Below are positions 39,791 through 53,483 of a DNA stretch of 64,000 nucleotides, piece after piece. The notes below the pieces were generated by a model. That model was not told the DNA's origin, made no database searches, and saw only the letters and a list, made by a program, of their open reading frames with translations. The stretch comes from Octopus sinensis. Its lineage: Eukaryota. The position numbers were made by a program, and so were the translations under genes. The stretch covers positions 25,358,001-25,422,000 of the forward strand of contig NC_043012.1 in the NCBI RefSeq assembly GCF_006345805.1. The letters are read 5' to 3'. The stretch's first letter is position 1. Every line of letters begins with the position of its first letter.

Positions 39791-40240
39791 GTATAAAAGA
39801 TAGTAGCGCTTGTGAAATACTGAGATCGGCCGATTTGTCTATACAAACAAGTAAAGTGTGAATTGTGTTTATATTAAGAATCGTCATTAAATATCAGTAT
39901 ACGTATTAATTTAACTAATGTGCAACGGAAGAAAGCGATGTTAAGGAAGGATTTGGTGATGGTAGATATCGCATCAAAAGACGTGGTAATTGGCCTTACT
40001 GTAAATTTTTGCTCACAGACAACAAGCAATCACTTAATTAGTTTGAATTAAGAATCAATCAAATGATTAATTGTTTGCCAATGATATTTTCCTCAAGGTC
40101 AATTGCAGGTTAAATTAGTGAGCTGAATGCTGTTATCAACCCTTCACATTGCAAAGACATCTACATTACATTGTTACATGCATATATGCTTGTATATATA
40201 CATATGTATGATAATAATATATATGTGAATATATGCAATC

Positions 40241-40305
<65 letters not shown>

Positions 40306-42533
40306 CAGAGAGGAAAGTAAGTTTCGAACGCAGTATCGCTGTGGAAACAGCCGAGAAAAATCGTATAGATGTAAAAAAAAAATACTGCTAGTAGACGCCT
40401 ACGGAGAAACGAAGAGCGTACCTCTAAAATACCGGCTGCATGCACTTACCCCATAAGCTAAGAAACACTATCAACTGTTACCATCAATGTTAATGCCAAA
40501 CAGTAGCTTTTTGGAATGCGGTCAAAGGGTAAAATACCCAATCTTTCTCAAAAGGTTTGACACCTCTACTCGGTTCGAAATTTACTTTCTGCTCTATAAT
40601 ATACCAACACAATTGCTGCTTCCAAAGTTTGTTTACAAACTGTTCCCGCATTCCTAAAATTTATTACTGAGAGGCATCTGAGAGGTATGAGGTTTGCTTT
40701 TCCTGCAGTCTGCAACTGACATCGTTTTTTTTTCCGACTTCAGTGGGTAAAATACCAGTTCCTACATCACTTCTATGCTGTTTTCACAGGTATACTGCGC
40801 TTTATATATATATTCATACACACACACTAACATATACATATGTGAGTGGTATGTACATATCTGTTCTATATATAAATGTGCATGTGTGTGTGTATGTGAG
40901 AGAGGGAGAGAGAGAGAGATAAAACGGGATACAACGTGGTTATGGGATTAATTCCAAATTCTTAACATCTTAGGCTACATTCGCAGAAATGAGTGGACTC
41001 AAGTACATGGTGTTTGTGTCCTTTTGTATGGCAATGTATTCCACATTATTCCAGTCTTCACACAAGAACATGAGTTATTGTTTTGTTCTATTGCAACCCT
41101 TTTGTCGTTCGTCTGTTACAATCTTAATATCCTGTTGGTTCACAGTTTGGAGGACAGAGAGATTTCCTCTATCCCCTTACGGTTACAATGGTACTAGCAA
41201 TACTTAGTGAATGCATTGGCTATACTACCAAGTGATACTTGCTTAACAATATCGGGAAGTGTATTCAAAAAATGTAAGCGTCTAGCAGAACAGAGAGTAA
41301 GCACAACAGCTGATGAACCGAAATATCCAAATAATGATTTCAAATGTTGGCACTGGGCTAGCAGTTTTTGAGTGAAGGGAGTAAGTTGATTTCATCGACC
41401 CTAGTACATGATATTTGTTTTATCGACCCAGAAGGTATAAAAAGTAACGCCTACTTCTGCGGAATTTGAACTGAGATGTAAAGACAGCCGAAATGACGCC
41501 AAGCATTTTCTTCGCAGTGGGATATACGAATAATAAAATACCTGTTATTGAGTATATAATAAGCAAAACAAGGGACAGAACAAAAGCGTAAGAAGAATAT
41601 GAGAGAGTGAAAGAATTTTAATATTTCCGTAGAGGTTACGGCTGTTTCAATATTTACTCTGTGTTGCATCATTAACTTCCGTGCAAAGATGTAAATGCAG
41701 AATCTACACAGACATACAATATATACATATATATGCATGCAAACAAACGCACAGACACACAGACACACACACACACATGCATACACAAAGTTGTACAATA
41801 CAATCATAAAGTTATGCAAATAATATATATAAAAGCGAAAATTAATCTTCGGATCGCATTCCGGATATAGTCATCAGATCTATCAAATATATCCGGAATG
41901 TCATCTGAATACATCATAGTATAACTACATTATTCTATTGTACATGTGTGTGTGTGTATGAGAGAGAGTGTGTATGTATGTGTGTGTGTGTGTGCATATA
42001 TAGAAATATATGTATATAATGTGTGCACAGGTGTATAGGTATATATTGTATTTACACCACTGCAGAGAAGATACTGATGTAACTCAGAATAAATTATGAA
42101 GGAGCTCTAACCTCTACGGAATTAATATATTTCTCTGCATCTCACTCTTTCATCTTTTTCCTTAAAGCCGCACCCACTCCAGCATATATATAGCCTGGAG
42201 AGGCATTGACGTATTCAATATATATCAGAAACGGACAGTGGACGGGGCCTGTCGAAATGGGAGTTTGACTTCTAATATGAAATCCTACGAGAATCAACTT
42301 TGACTTCCTGACTTTCAGTGTCTATAAATTATCAAATTACATGCTGTGATCTTTAAAATGCGGAAGGTGTTGACTTAATACCAGAAATACAGCTTCTCTC
42401 TAACAAAGTCTCAATGTTTTCAGAGATTCTTCATTTTTTTAAAAACATTTTCATGAAATCTATTACTACAACTATTGGACATCGCAAAATTTTCTCGTTT
42501 AGTATGTTCATTATTCATTTAAAATTTTCTTAA

Positions 42534-42709
42534 CCCCTTACCCGGCAGAAACGAATATATGCGTTTTGAAATAAATCGTTTTTTTCTATCTCTGGCGAGT
42601 TAACTCGTCAAAAGATAGACTCGCCAAAATCGACAATTAAAAAATAAAACAATTAAAAAATATGTCTGAAAAAATACATTTATTTTCAAAATAATTGTTG
42701 GGTAAGGGG
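42534..42709 (+). mobile_element. piggyBac-type MITE, internally deleted copy
   Basis: TTAA|CCCCTTACCC...GGGTAAGGGG|TTAA. Homologous to 63663-63969. Confidence 0.88.
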
Positions 42710-43750
42710 TTAATCATTCTTTTCGTTAGCCACATTAGTGTACCAAGAGATATTTTCGTAAATCGTGTTTTGAGGCAAGATTAATAACGTGTAATTAACA
42801 TTGGCTAATTAAAAGCACACATAAAATTATATTAATATAGAACTTTGGCTAAAGACTACGGTAATATAATCTAAATTATTAGAGCAACTTCTGTAAATCA
42901 TTAAAACAATATTACAAAATAAAAGCCACACACTAAGTTACACTAACTTTTGTGTTACTAATAAGTCGGTGTAATATCAAATAAAATTTGTTCTTAACGC
43001 CTTGAGTCCAACATTTTCCCTCTGCTCACTAGATACTTTAACGAATATCTTTACACATAACATCTTCGAATGACTCATACAATATCACTCCTATCATATA
43101 TTTCTATGTTGAAGAAATACAATGTATATCGGCTATTATAATCGTTGACGTGAAAATACGGGATTGTCATCATTCAGGCGTTTGTAATCAGTAACAACCA
43201 GGAGAATGACCTGGTCACTGACTCAGCTTCTCCGCATGCGCGGAAGCGCACGGAAAATTTATTAAAAGGCTGATAATTTATATTAACACTAAAAAGTAAT
43301 AATAAACGTTAATGTTCTTGTAAAAGTACATGTGATTAAGTCATGTCTTTTGTTGAACCAGACAGTTTTTTTCCCATTATTTTTCTGCTCAGTTCTGATA
43401 AATAGTAACTTAGAAATATTATCATATATGAAATTCCAAGTGCTTAGTTACTGTTAAACTTGCTACCATGGTTCCGAAAAAGCCGTGTGCTAGAAAAGTT
43501 TGAGTGAATGACATGGATCTTTTCAACATTGAACATTGGGTAACTCTAGTTTACACGCTCACTCACGCGCAGACTCGCGTTGAGACACAGACACAAATAC
43601 ATGCACACACACACACACATCTATACACATGCATCTATATATCAACATGTCTCATTATCATCATCATAATCATGAAAATAACAATAATAATAGTAATAAT
43701 AATAATAACAAAAACAACAACTATAATAATATTTTTCGTATTGTTAATAC

Positions 43751-43921
43751 GGCGCGGGAGTGGCTGTGTGGTAAGTAGCTTGCTAACCAACCACATGGTT
43801 CCGGGTTCAATCCCACTGCGTGACATCTTGGGCAAGTGTCCTCTGCTATAGCCCCGAGCCGACCAAAGCCATGTGAGTGGATTTGGTAGATGGAAACTGA
43901 AAGAAGCCCGTTGTATATATG

Positions 43922-43952
<31 letters not shown>

Positions 43953-44140
43953 TTGTGTGTCTGTGTTTGTCCCCCTAGCATTGCTTGACAACCGATGCCG
44001 GTTCGGCAAAAGAGATCGATAGAATAAGTACTGGGCTTACAAAGAATAAGTCCCAGGGTCGATTTGCTCGACTAAAGGCGGTGCTCCAGTATGGCCGCAG
44101 TCAAAATGACTGAAACAAGTAAAAGAGTAAAGAGTAAAGA
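43751..44140 (+). mobile_element. tRNA-derived SINE family B
   Basis: Head GGCGCGGGAGTGGCTGTGTGGTAAG (A box) and GGGTTCAATCC (B box), internal microsatellite, 3' stem-loop CAGTC/GACTG and AAGAGT-repeat tail. Confidence 0.92.
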
Positions 44141-45195
44141 GAATAGTATTAGTATTACAGTTATCATTTCGACAATATTATTAAAGCAAAGATGTGCTAT
44201 TAACATATAATTTTGGTTAACATACATTAAAAATTCATTTTTGTGTTTATAAAATATGTTAAATGTACCTTTTAAAAAAAGTATTACGGCGAAGTGAAGT
44301 CGTTTGCTGGATCATACAAAAGGTTGGAATTTATAATTTATTTAGACAGCAACACCGCAGTTTATTAATTCAGTTTTAGGTTGCCACAATTCCATAGATT
44401 TTATATAAAGAATATCAACCAACAAAAACAAAAACATAAAAAAAAACATTTAATTATATCTGTATCACAACTATATTAAAAGCTTGCTTAATTGTGGGTA
44501 TTTGGTACATAGCATATTGAAGATGTGGGGTATTACGAGCGTTTACATTTGGAATAGTCGAATATGCCACTTGTTCTGTGAATGGTAAATGAATAGTTGA
44601 ATGTTTGGCACGTTTTCCAATACACCATCCAGAAATGAAAGCTCGGATATTAAACATATTTTGATATATTTACGAATATTTTGCTATATATAATGGCATG
44701 TCGTTTCCAATTGCCGATTCTTAAAGTCAATGGCAAACGGAAAAAAAGAAAGCTGTTTCACAGAACTTCAGCTGCTTAAAAATATGGACGCTCTAATCCA
44801 GATACAGAATACGCTTTTATAATTTGTACACACTGAATTCATCCAACACAAATTTCCTCTTTCTCTCTCTTACATCCTCCCACTACGTTCTCTCCTTCTT
44901 TCTCTCTCTCTCTGTTTGTCTATATATATATATATATGCGTGTGTGTTTGTATACATATGTATGTATGTGTGTATGTGTGTATGTTTGTGTGTTTGTGTG
45001 TTTGTCCCCACACCATCGCTTGACACCGATGGTGGTGTGTTTACGTCTCCGTAATCTTGCGGTTCAATAAAAGAGACCGATACAATAAGGCCTAGACTTA
45101 CAATGAATAAGTCCTGATGTCGATTTGTTTGATTAAAGTCGGTGCTAACACATGGCTACAGTCAGATGACTGAAACATGTAAAAGAATAAAAGAA

Positions 45196-45368
45196 TATAG
45201 GCTGACAGGGGCTGCAATCGTCCAAAACACCGACTCAAGAACACTTCAGAATGAACGTCTAGTTTCAGTTATTTCCGTTTCGACTACGGAAATAGCCGAA
45301 ATTGGACGATCAGTCTAAGGAATTCTCGAGTCGGAGTTTCCGCCGATTACAGCCCTTGTTGGCATATA
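45196..45368. mobile_element. Fold-back palindromic MITE-like element in TA context
   Basis: ~80-bp imperfect arms pairing up to a 7-nt loop (TTCGACT), with TATA at both ends. Confidence 0.6.
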
Positions 45369-45657
45369 TGCATAAATTTACGTGCTTTTCCTACAGAATT
45401 AGAAGCATTTTAGTTCTTATTTCTAGGAATGTAGGTGTCTTGACCCTCTTAGTCGAGTTTAGTGACAGTTATATTTTTGGCATATATAAAATATATATAC
45501 GTGCATGTATGCCTCATTACAGAGAGAGCGAGAGAGAGAGAGAGAGAGAGGGGGAGAGAGAGCGGGGAGAGGGAGAGATACTGAAAGAGAAACGCGACTG
45601 ATGGTCGCTACTACAAACCACAACCAAACACACCACACACTTATACATACATACATA

Positions 45658-45720
<63 letters not shown>

Positions 45721-45769
45721 GTACAAAGTAAGATAGGGGTTATGGGTGAAACCCACTAAGGGATATCAA

Positions 45770-46640
45770 TTATCCAATATACTGTTGGCAAAGTACCCAA
45801 ATTCTTAACACACTGCCATGGTTTCTTTTGTATTCGCGTTATGCCAATTTCGATCATTCGCTAACGATAGGTAGGCGCAGGAGTGGCTGTGTGGTAAGTA
45901 GCTTGCTTACCAACCACATGGTTCCGGGTTCAGTCCCACTGCGTGGCACTTTGGGCAAGTGTCTTCTACTATAGCCTCGGGCCGACCAAAGCCTTGTGAG
46001 TGGATTTGGTAGATGGAAACTGAAAGAAGCCCATCGTATATATGTATATATATATATATATGCGTGTGTGTGTTTGTGTTTGTCCCCCTAGCATTTCTTG
46101 ACAACCGATCCTGGTGTGTTTATGTCCCCGTTACCTAGCGGTTCGGCAAAAGAGACCGATAGAATAAGTACAGGGCTTACAAAAGAATAAGTCCCGGGGT
46201 CGAGTGGCTCGATTAAAGGCGGTGCTCCAGCATGACCGCAGTCAAATGACTGAAACAAGTAAAAGAGTAAAAGAAAGATACACCATATTGTTTCACCCTT
46301 CTCACCACACATTCTGCATTTGTCACTATCGGTAGTGCTGTCAGTTCTGCACTTCGTATTATTGGTCCTTAACGCTTGATCCTACGCTGCGCATATTAAT
46401 GCTTCTGTCTCTATCTTCAGGTCACTTCTCATCATCCATAGTAACTGGTCCTCTGCATCTGGTTTGGCGGTCATATCTCCTGCAAACTGACCGTACACTT
46501 TTGTTCCTTCCATGCTTTTACTTTTTTGTTGTTCATTTCTTGTTTAAATTTTTCTTTAGTCACACAATTTTCAAATATTGATGAGACCGGCCGTGTTAGT
46601 GTTTCAACAGGGGTTTCACGGCACTTTTGTATATACCACC
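45770..46640 (-). mobile_element. R4/Dong LINE fragment interrupted by a SINE B
   Basis: CRMCGEKGETIW.I | SINE | IVSE.SKLA.REYKR, i.e. the CCHC knuckle is split by the insertion. Confidence 0.8.
45870..46276 (+). mobile_element. tRNA-derived SINE family B nested in the R4/Dong fragment
   Basis: Full head to tail; GATA duplicated at 45866-45869 and 46277-46280. Confidence 0.92.
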
Positions 46641-46699
46641 TTAGTTTGTTTTCTTCCCCCTCTTCCTCCTCCTCGTTCTTCTTTTCCTTCTTCTGTTTA

Positions 46700-46718
46700 T
46701 CATTATTATTATTATTAT

Positions 46719-46765
<47 letters not shown>

Positions 46766-46868
46766 ATAGTAGTAGTAGCCACAACAGCAGCAATAGCAGC
46801 AGCAGCAACAGTAGTAGTAGTAGTAATAATAATAGTAGTAGTAGTACTAGTAGTAGTAGTAGTAGTAA

Positions 46869-46933
<65 letters not shown>

Positions 46934-46950
46934 ATAGTAGTAGTAGTGTT
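46700..46950. repeat. (TTA)n/(TAG)n/(CAG) compound microsatellite
   Basis: Directly visible. Confidence 0.95.
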
Positions 46951-47100
46951 ATTGTTGTTCTTGCTCTGGTTATCATTTCACTATCGTTACAAGGAATGAA
47001 CACTTTTTGAGTGGAGAAGAATTAGTCGATTGCCTCATCCCCATTACTAGACTCATACTATTTTTTTTTAAATCGATCTCCATAGATTAATTGTAATACG

Positions 47101-47183
<83 letters not shown>

Positions 47184-47487
47184 TATATGTGCGTTTATAA
47201 CAATGCAGTTTATAGAACAATGTTCTTTATAGATAGCCCTCAGCGAGGTATAGGCAAGTTCCATGGGAAGTGTACAGAGCTGATAGAGAATAGGAGATTC
47301 AGCCAAGAGTATTGGAATGTCAAATGTATTGGAATGCAAATCACTTCGGAAATCCACGAACGGAAATCGTAATTCTATTGGATATTGATGTTGTAGATTC
47401 CCACAGGATTAACTTCCACGGTGTTGCATATGACATATGCATATAATTCATGTTTCAATATAAACCTACGTACATAAATATATATAA

Positions 47488-47551
<64 letters not shown>

Positions 47552-47554
47552 CTT

Positions 47555-47611
<57 letters not shown>

Positions 47612-47649
47612 ATATATGAGTGTATTATGTATATAGATATAGATATATG

Positions 47650-47704
<55 letters not shown>

Positions 47705-47800
47705 ATATAAGTGTATATAGACGTATTTATTCTATTTCTGTATAGATACATATATTTATAAACATACATATTGTATATGCGTGTAGATATGTGTATGCAT

Positions 47801-47849
<49 letters not shown>

Positions 47850-48562
47850 GTGCATATATATACATATATATACATGCATATACATACATGCATACATATA
47901 TATATATATATTATATATATATATATATATATAAGTATGTATGCATATATGAAACCTACCTACTTGCATATCAAAACACTCCACAAATACAGTCACTCGT
48001 GCATGGATGTCATCTCAGATCCTCATACTTACAAACACACATACGCACGTGCCCACACGCCCACACATACAGTTTCACACATACAAATATACATACATTC
48101 ATACATACATACATATGTATACCTAGGACATCATTCTTCTTTCTGACACCTACGATATTGGCAATGCTAATAAAACCAATAAAAGTATACGGCGAGGAAA
48201 ACAGAGAAAGAAGAGCGTGGCAGATGTGGGGGATACGATGTTGTTCTAACGTGACAAAATATATGTCCCACGGATTGAAACCTTTGACGTAAGTGAAACT
48301 ATGTGGCAACTATAAATCCATTCTGTTTCTCCATTGGTAATTGATGGAGAGAGAAAACCGTGGAACAATGAAGAGGGAAAATGTATTTAAACCGCACTGC
48401 TGAAAGTCTTTCGATGTAATATGAATTGCGCAGACTACCTTGCTTTTGTCTATATGAATGCATGCATGCTTGTATAAATGTATGTATGTATCTATAAACA
48501 CACAACACATGTGTGTACGCGTGTATGTTTGTGCGTGTGTGTGTATGCATGTATGGATTTCT

Positions 48563-48598
<36 letters not shown>

Positions 48599-48804
48599 CT
48601 ATGAATATATGTATGCATATATATATGTATATATATTTATATATACATATAAATATATATGTGTGATGGTGTATACACCTACATATCCAGAGATTTATGC
48701 GTATTATGCATGTGCATATATATTATAACTATGTCTTAGTATACGTATACATCACCATACATTTGTTTGTATGTATGTATATAAACACACACACACACAC
48801 ACAG

Positions 48805-48836
<32 letters not shown>

Positions 48837-49145
48837 GTATACATACGTATATACATGTATATACAAGTTTATATATACATATATATATGTGTATATATAT
48901 ATATGTATGTATATATATATGTATATATATGTATATATATACATGTTTATATATACATGTATATATAAACATGTTTATATATACATATATATACATGTAT
49001 ATATATATACATATTTATATATACATATATATATGTGTATATATATATGTATATATATATATGTGTATATATATGTATATATATATGTACATATATATAT
49101 ATGTACATATATATATATGTATATATATATGTGTGTATATACATT

Positions 49146-50950
49146 TCACAGGAAATCCCACGAGGATAAGTGAAATACTGAACGAACAGTTCCAAAGTGT
49201 GTTCACTACACCTCTAGGACACAGGCAAGTAAACAACCCAGAAGAATTCTTTGCCACTTTACCTGCGGCCAACGAGGCAAAAATTGAGTACATCAACATC
49301 GAAGATGATGATATCACACCCGCCATAGATGAGATTGACACAAACTCATCTGCTGGACCTGATGGATTTCCAGCGATCCTTCTCAAATCGTGCAAACGAG
49401 TCCTTGCAAAACCGCTACAGCTTCTTTTTCAGAGCTTTCTTGCAAGTGGCAAGCTCCCGGTCAAATTGAAATATGCCCTATACATAAGGGAGGAAGCAGA
49501 GCAGATGCTAAAAATTATAGGCCTACCTCTCTGACCTCACACATCAGCAAAGTCATGGAACGAATAGTCCGCAAGGAACTAATGATGTTCCTTAAAGAAA
49601 ATGACTTGCTCACTGACACGCAGCATGGATTTCGACCAGGTAGAAGGTGCCTAACACAGCTCCTGCAACACTATGACTGGGTGTTAAAACAGCTACTAAA
49701 TGGCTCAAATATGGATGTGATATATCTCGACTTTGCAAAAGCCTTTGATAAAGTCGACCACGGTATGATTTGTCACAAACTGCGTGGTCTTAGCATAGGC
49801 AGAAAACTTGTAGAGTGGCTGCACAATATCCTAAAAGATAGAAGGCAGGCAGTTGTGAGCAATGGAGCCACCTCCAAGGAAACACAAATAACAAGCGGTG
49901 TTCCACAGGGCACTGTCTTGGGTCCACTGCTGTTCATAGTGGCCCTTTAAGACATGTCCTCAGTTGCTAAGATGGCCACCCTTGCTAGCTATGCAGATGA
50001 CACAAAAGTCTCCCACACAATACAAAACCCTGGAAATATTGCACATCTGCAACAGGAGTTGGATACAATAAACAGTATGCTGAGGACAACAACATGCAGT
50101 TTAATGCAGGTAAGTTCCAGGCCCTGCGCTACCGGCACACAAAGGTAAACGACATGCAGACTGGATACACTGGCCCGGGAAGAATTGCAATACCTGAGTC
50201 AAAATCAGCGCGTGACCTGGATATTGACATGAGCAATGATGCATCTTTCCAAGTGCATATTACTAATTTGGTGATAAAATGCAGACGGCTAATGGGATGG
50301 ATTCTCCGAACTTTCAGAACAAGAGAGAAGGAGACACTGATGGTCCTGTGGAAAACTTTCGTCCTCAGCCGCTTGGACTACTGCTCCTAAGTATGGTCAC
50401 CACACAATATAAAACTAACAGGAAAACTCGAAGCAATTCAAAGAAGCGACACAAAGAAGATCGTCTCAATGCAACATATCAGCTACTGGGAAAGACTGAA
50501 AGTATGAAAACTCTTCTCCCTAGAGCGAAGGCGGGAGAGATATGCGGTGATATACATCTGGAAAATCCTAGAGGGTCTTGTCCCAAACTTTGGCATTCAA
50601 AGTTACAACCAACCGCATGATGCCAAAGATTCCAACATCACCATCAAAGTACAGGACCAGATACTGCAACAGCTTGGGTTTCAGAGGACCACAGCTCTTT
50701 AACATCCTCCCTAAATGCCTGAGATACTTGCATGGTGTGGATGCGGGTTCCTTTAAAACTAAACTGGATCTCTTCTTGTCGGATGTCCCAGATAAACCTA
50801 CCTCATGACAGGAGACACAGATGCGGGCAGCGGCATCGAACTCCCTTGTTGACCAAGTGCCACATATCAGAGGTGGATTCACATATTAATGTAGCTCATT
50901 CAGCGGTGGTGCCCCAGCATGGCCGCAGCCTTCGGGCTGAAACATTTTTA
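49146..50950 (+). mobile_element. 5'-truncated CR1-group (Jockey superclade) LINE, RT domain and 3' end
   Basis: [77 protein letters not shown]. Several stops and frameshifts. 3' hairpin CAGCC-TTCG-GGCTG. Flanked by (TA)-rich arrays. Confidence 0.93.
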
Positions 50951-51149
50951 AGGATTTATATTGTATATATATATATATATTATATATATAATATATATAT
51001 ATAAGGATTTATATATGTATATATATATAATATATATAAATATGTATGTGTATATATATATATATATATATATGTATGCATATATATATATATATATATA
51101 TTGTATGCATATATTATATATATATATATATATTATATATATATATTAC

Positions 51150-51180
<31 letters not shown>

Positions 51181-51469
51181 CATATATATATATATATATG
51201 AATGTATATATATATTATATATATATATTATATATATATATATATGCGATTCTGCGTACGCGAGTGCGTATAGCATTTATGCGCGTGTGTGCATGCCTGA
51301 GTGTGTTAGACAAGTAGAACATACCCATGATTATGGAATGAGTGAAAGGAGATGACAAAACCTTAAAATTAATGATTTCTTTTTATTCTCCTGAAATATT
51401 GAAGGCTGAAATTTATTTTTTTATACTATATATTTTGTGCATATAGATATATATGTATGTATGTATATA

Positions 51470-51771
51470 TATATATCACCGTGATTACCGTGACCGACCA
51501 GGCTATCAGATGTTGCTACACATCGCTGGTTACAATGCGCTTCGCATTGTTTTAGCGTTCAAATGACGCCGCCCCGCTGGCTAAGCGAGCAAGCCAACAG
51601 AAGAAAGAGCGAGAGAAAGTTGCGGCTAAAGTGTACAGCAGGGATCGCCACCACCCACCGCTGGAGCGTCGCGGAGCTTTAGACGTTTTCGCTCAATAAA
51701 CACTCACAACGCCCGATCTGGGAATCGACACCGCGATCCTACAACCGCGAGTCCGCTGCCGTAACCACTGG

Positions 51772-51778
<7 letters not shown>
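51470..51778 (-). mobile_element. tRNA-derived SINE family C copy
   Basis: Minus-strand head TGGCCCAGTGGTTACGGCAGCGGACTCGCGGTT...GTGTCGATTCCC. Confidence 0.85.
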
Positions 51779-51822
<44 letters not shown>

Positions 51823-51847
51823 ATATATATAATATATATATATATAA

Positions 51848-51897
<50 letters not shown>

Positions 51898-52245
51898 CAT
51901 ATATATATATATATATATAATATATATATATAGATATATATATATATATGCATATATGTATATAGCATATTTGTGATTGATGTAGTGATTATGATGTGTT
52001 GGTGTTTTTTTACGTGGTTAATATAAAGTCTTTGATTTGTGATATTTATCGCGGTGTACATATGAAATATTTCGTGTATGCAGTAAACATGATAAATATG
52101 ACGAGTGTATTGTATGACGTGTGGATGTCAGATGTAGTTTTCGTTGATGCTTTATGATCTATGTTATGGGAGTATGTATTGTATGTGTTGTATGTGAAAG
52201 ATGTGGCGTATTTCATGTGATTAGTGTATATACGAGAAGTAAGTG

Positions 52246-52285
<40 letters not shown>

Positions 52286-52789
52286 TATTGTATGTTATAC
52301 GATGCAGGAAGTATATGTGACTTACGTGGATTATTTAGTGTGTTTGGTGTTTGGGGTATATCCACGTGATATGTATCGTGTATGGAATATGTTTGGTATT
52401 TGAGGTATAGTAGTTACATGGAATGCATGTGATGTCTGCGCGTTGCAATTACAATCTAATTACAATCTAAAAACCGGATTGAATTCTGTAATTACAATCT
52501 AATTACAATCTAAAAACCGGATTGAATTCTGTAAGTCAGTTTTTTTTTTTGACGCTCTAACGGTTCTGCAAACCCAACAACCATAATGGCTTTTGTTTTA
52601 ATCACAAGACTAGTAATTTTGACGGAAGGAGTTTAATGGATAACATCGAGCTTATTTCTAGACTGATAATGCACATTATCGACCACGGAGTGAAGAAAGT
52701 CAAAGTCGACCTCAGAGTAATTTGAACACAAAACATAAAGAGCCAGAAGAAACTCCAATAAGCACATCGTCTGATATATTCTGTTCTAC

Positions 52790-53150
52790 CCGAGGCACAA
52801 AGCCCGAAATTCTAATTTTTAGGGGAGGGCCCAGTCGATTACATCGATCCCAGTACGCAACTAGTACTTAATCTATCGACCGAGAAAGGATTAAAAGAAA
52901 AGTCGACCTCGGCGGAATTTGAACTCAGAACACGAAGACAGACGAAATGCCTATTTCTTTACTACTACACAGAGACGACAAACAAGGACAGAGAAACGGA
53001 TTGAGTCGATTATATCGACCCCAGTACGTAACTGGTACTTATGTAATCGACTCCGAAAGGATGAAAGGCAAAGTCGACCTCGGCGGAATTTGAACTCAGA
53101 ACGTAGGCATTTCGCCCGGCGTGCTAACGTTTCTGCCAGCTCGCCGCCTT
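52790..53150 (-). mobile_element. SINE family A dimer
   Basis: Tail2-body-tail1-body-head modules. Confidence 0.9.
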
Positions 53151-53483
53151 GTCATCTGATGCATTATCAATACTGTCAGTTTGCTACTTTTAATAATTGC
53201 TTCAAATACTGGAACACGACCCGTTGTTTGAGGAAGAAAGAGTTGCGAACATTGACCCAAATCGGTGTCAATGTAATGATAGGTAAAGATTACTTCAGAA
53301 GGATTGGAACTTATATTCTCCAACTCCTTAACAATTTTACGTTTGTCAACATTGGCTGCGTCTTATTTTATTGAACTCCCAGAATAACTTAAATACAAAG
53401 AATCACGCGAATATAATGAAAGCCAAACTTTTTAATCCTACCGTAAAAATTATCTTTTGTTCACAGACATAGCGATGTCAACC

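Noticed and set aside
40460-40650. Strong minus-strand donor (GG|GTAAGT) with an upstream ATG
   Set aside because: Stops in all frames. It could be a UTR exon but cannot be supported without transcripts.
48128-48288. Plus-strand AG...GTAAGT segment open in one frame (…RERRAWQMWGIRCC…)
   Set aside because: An isolated candidate with no partner exons or homology; plausible by chance.
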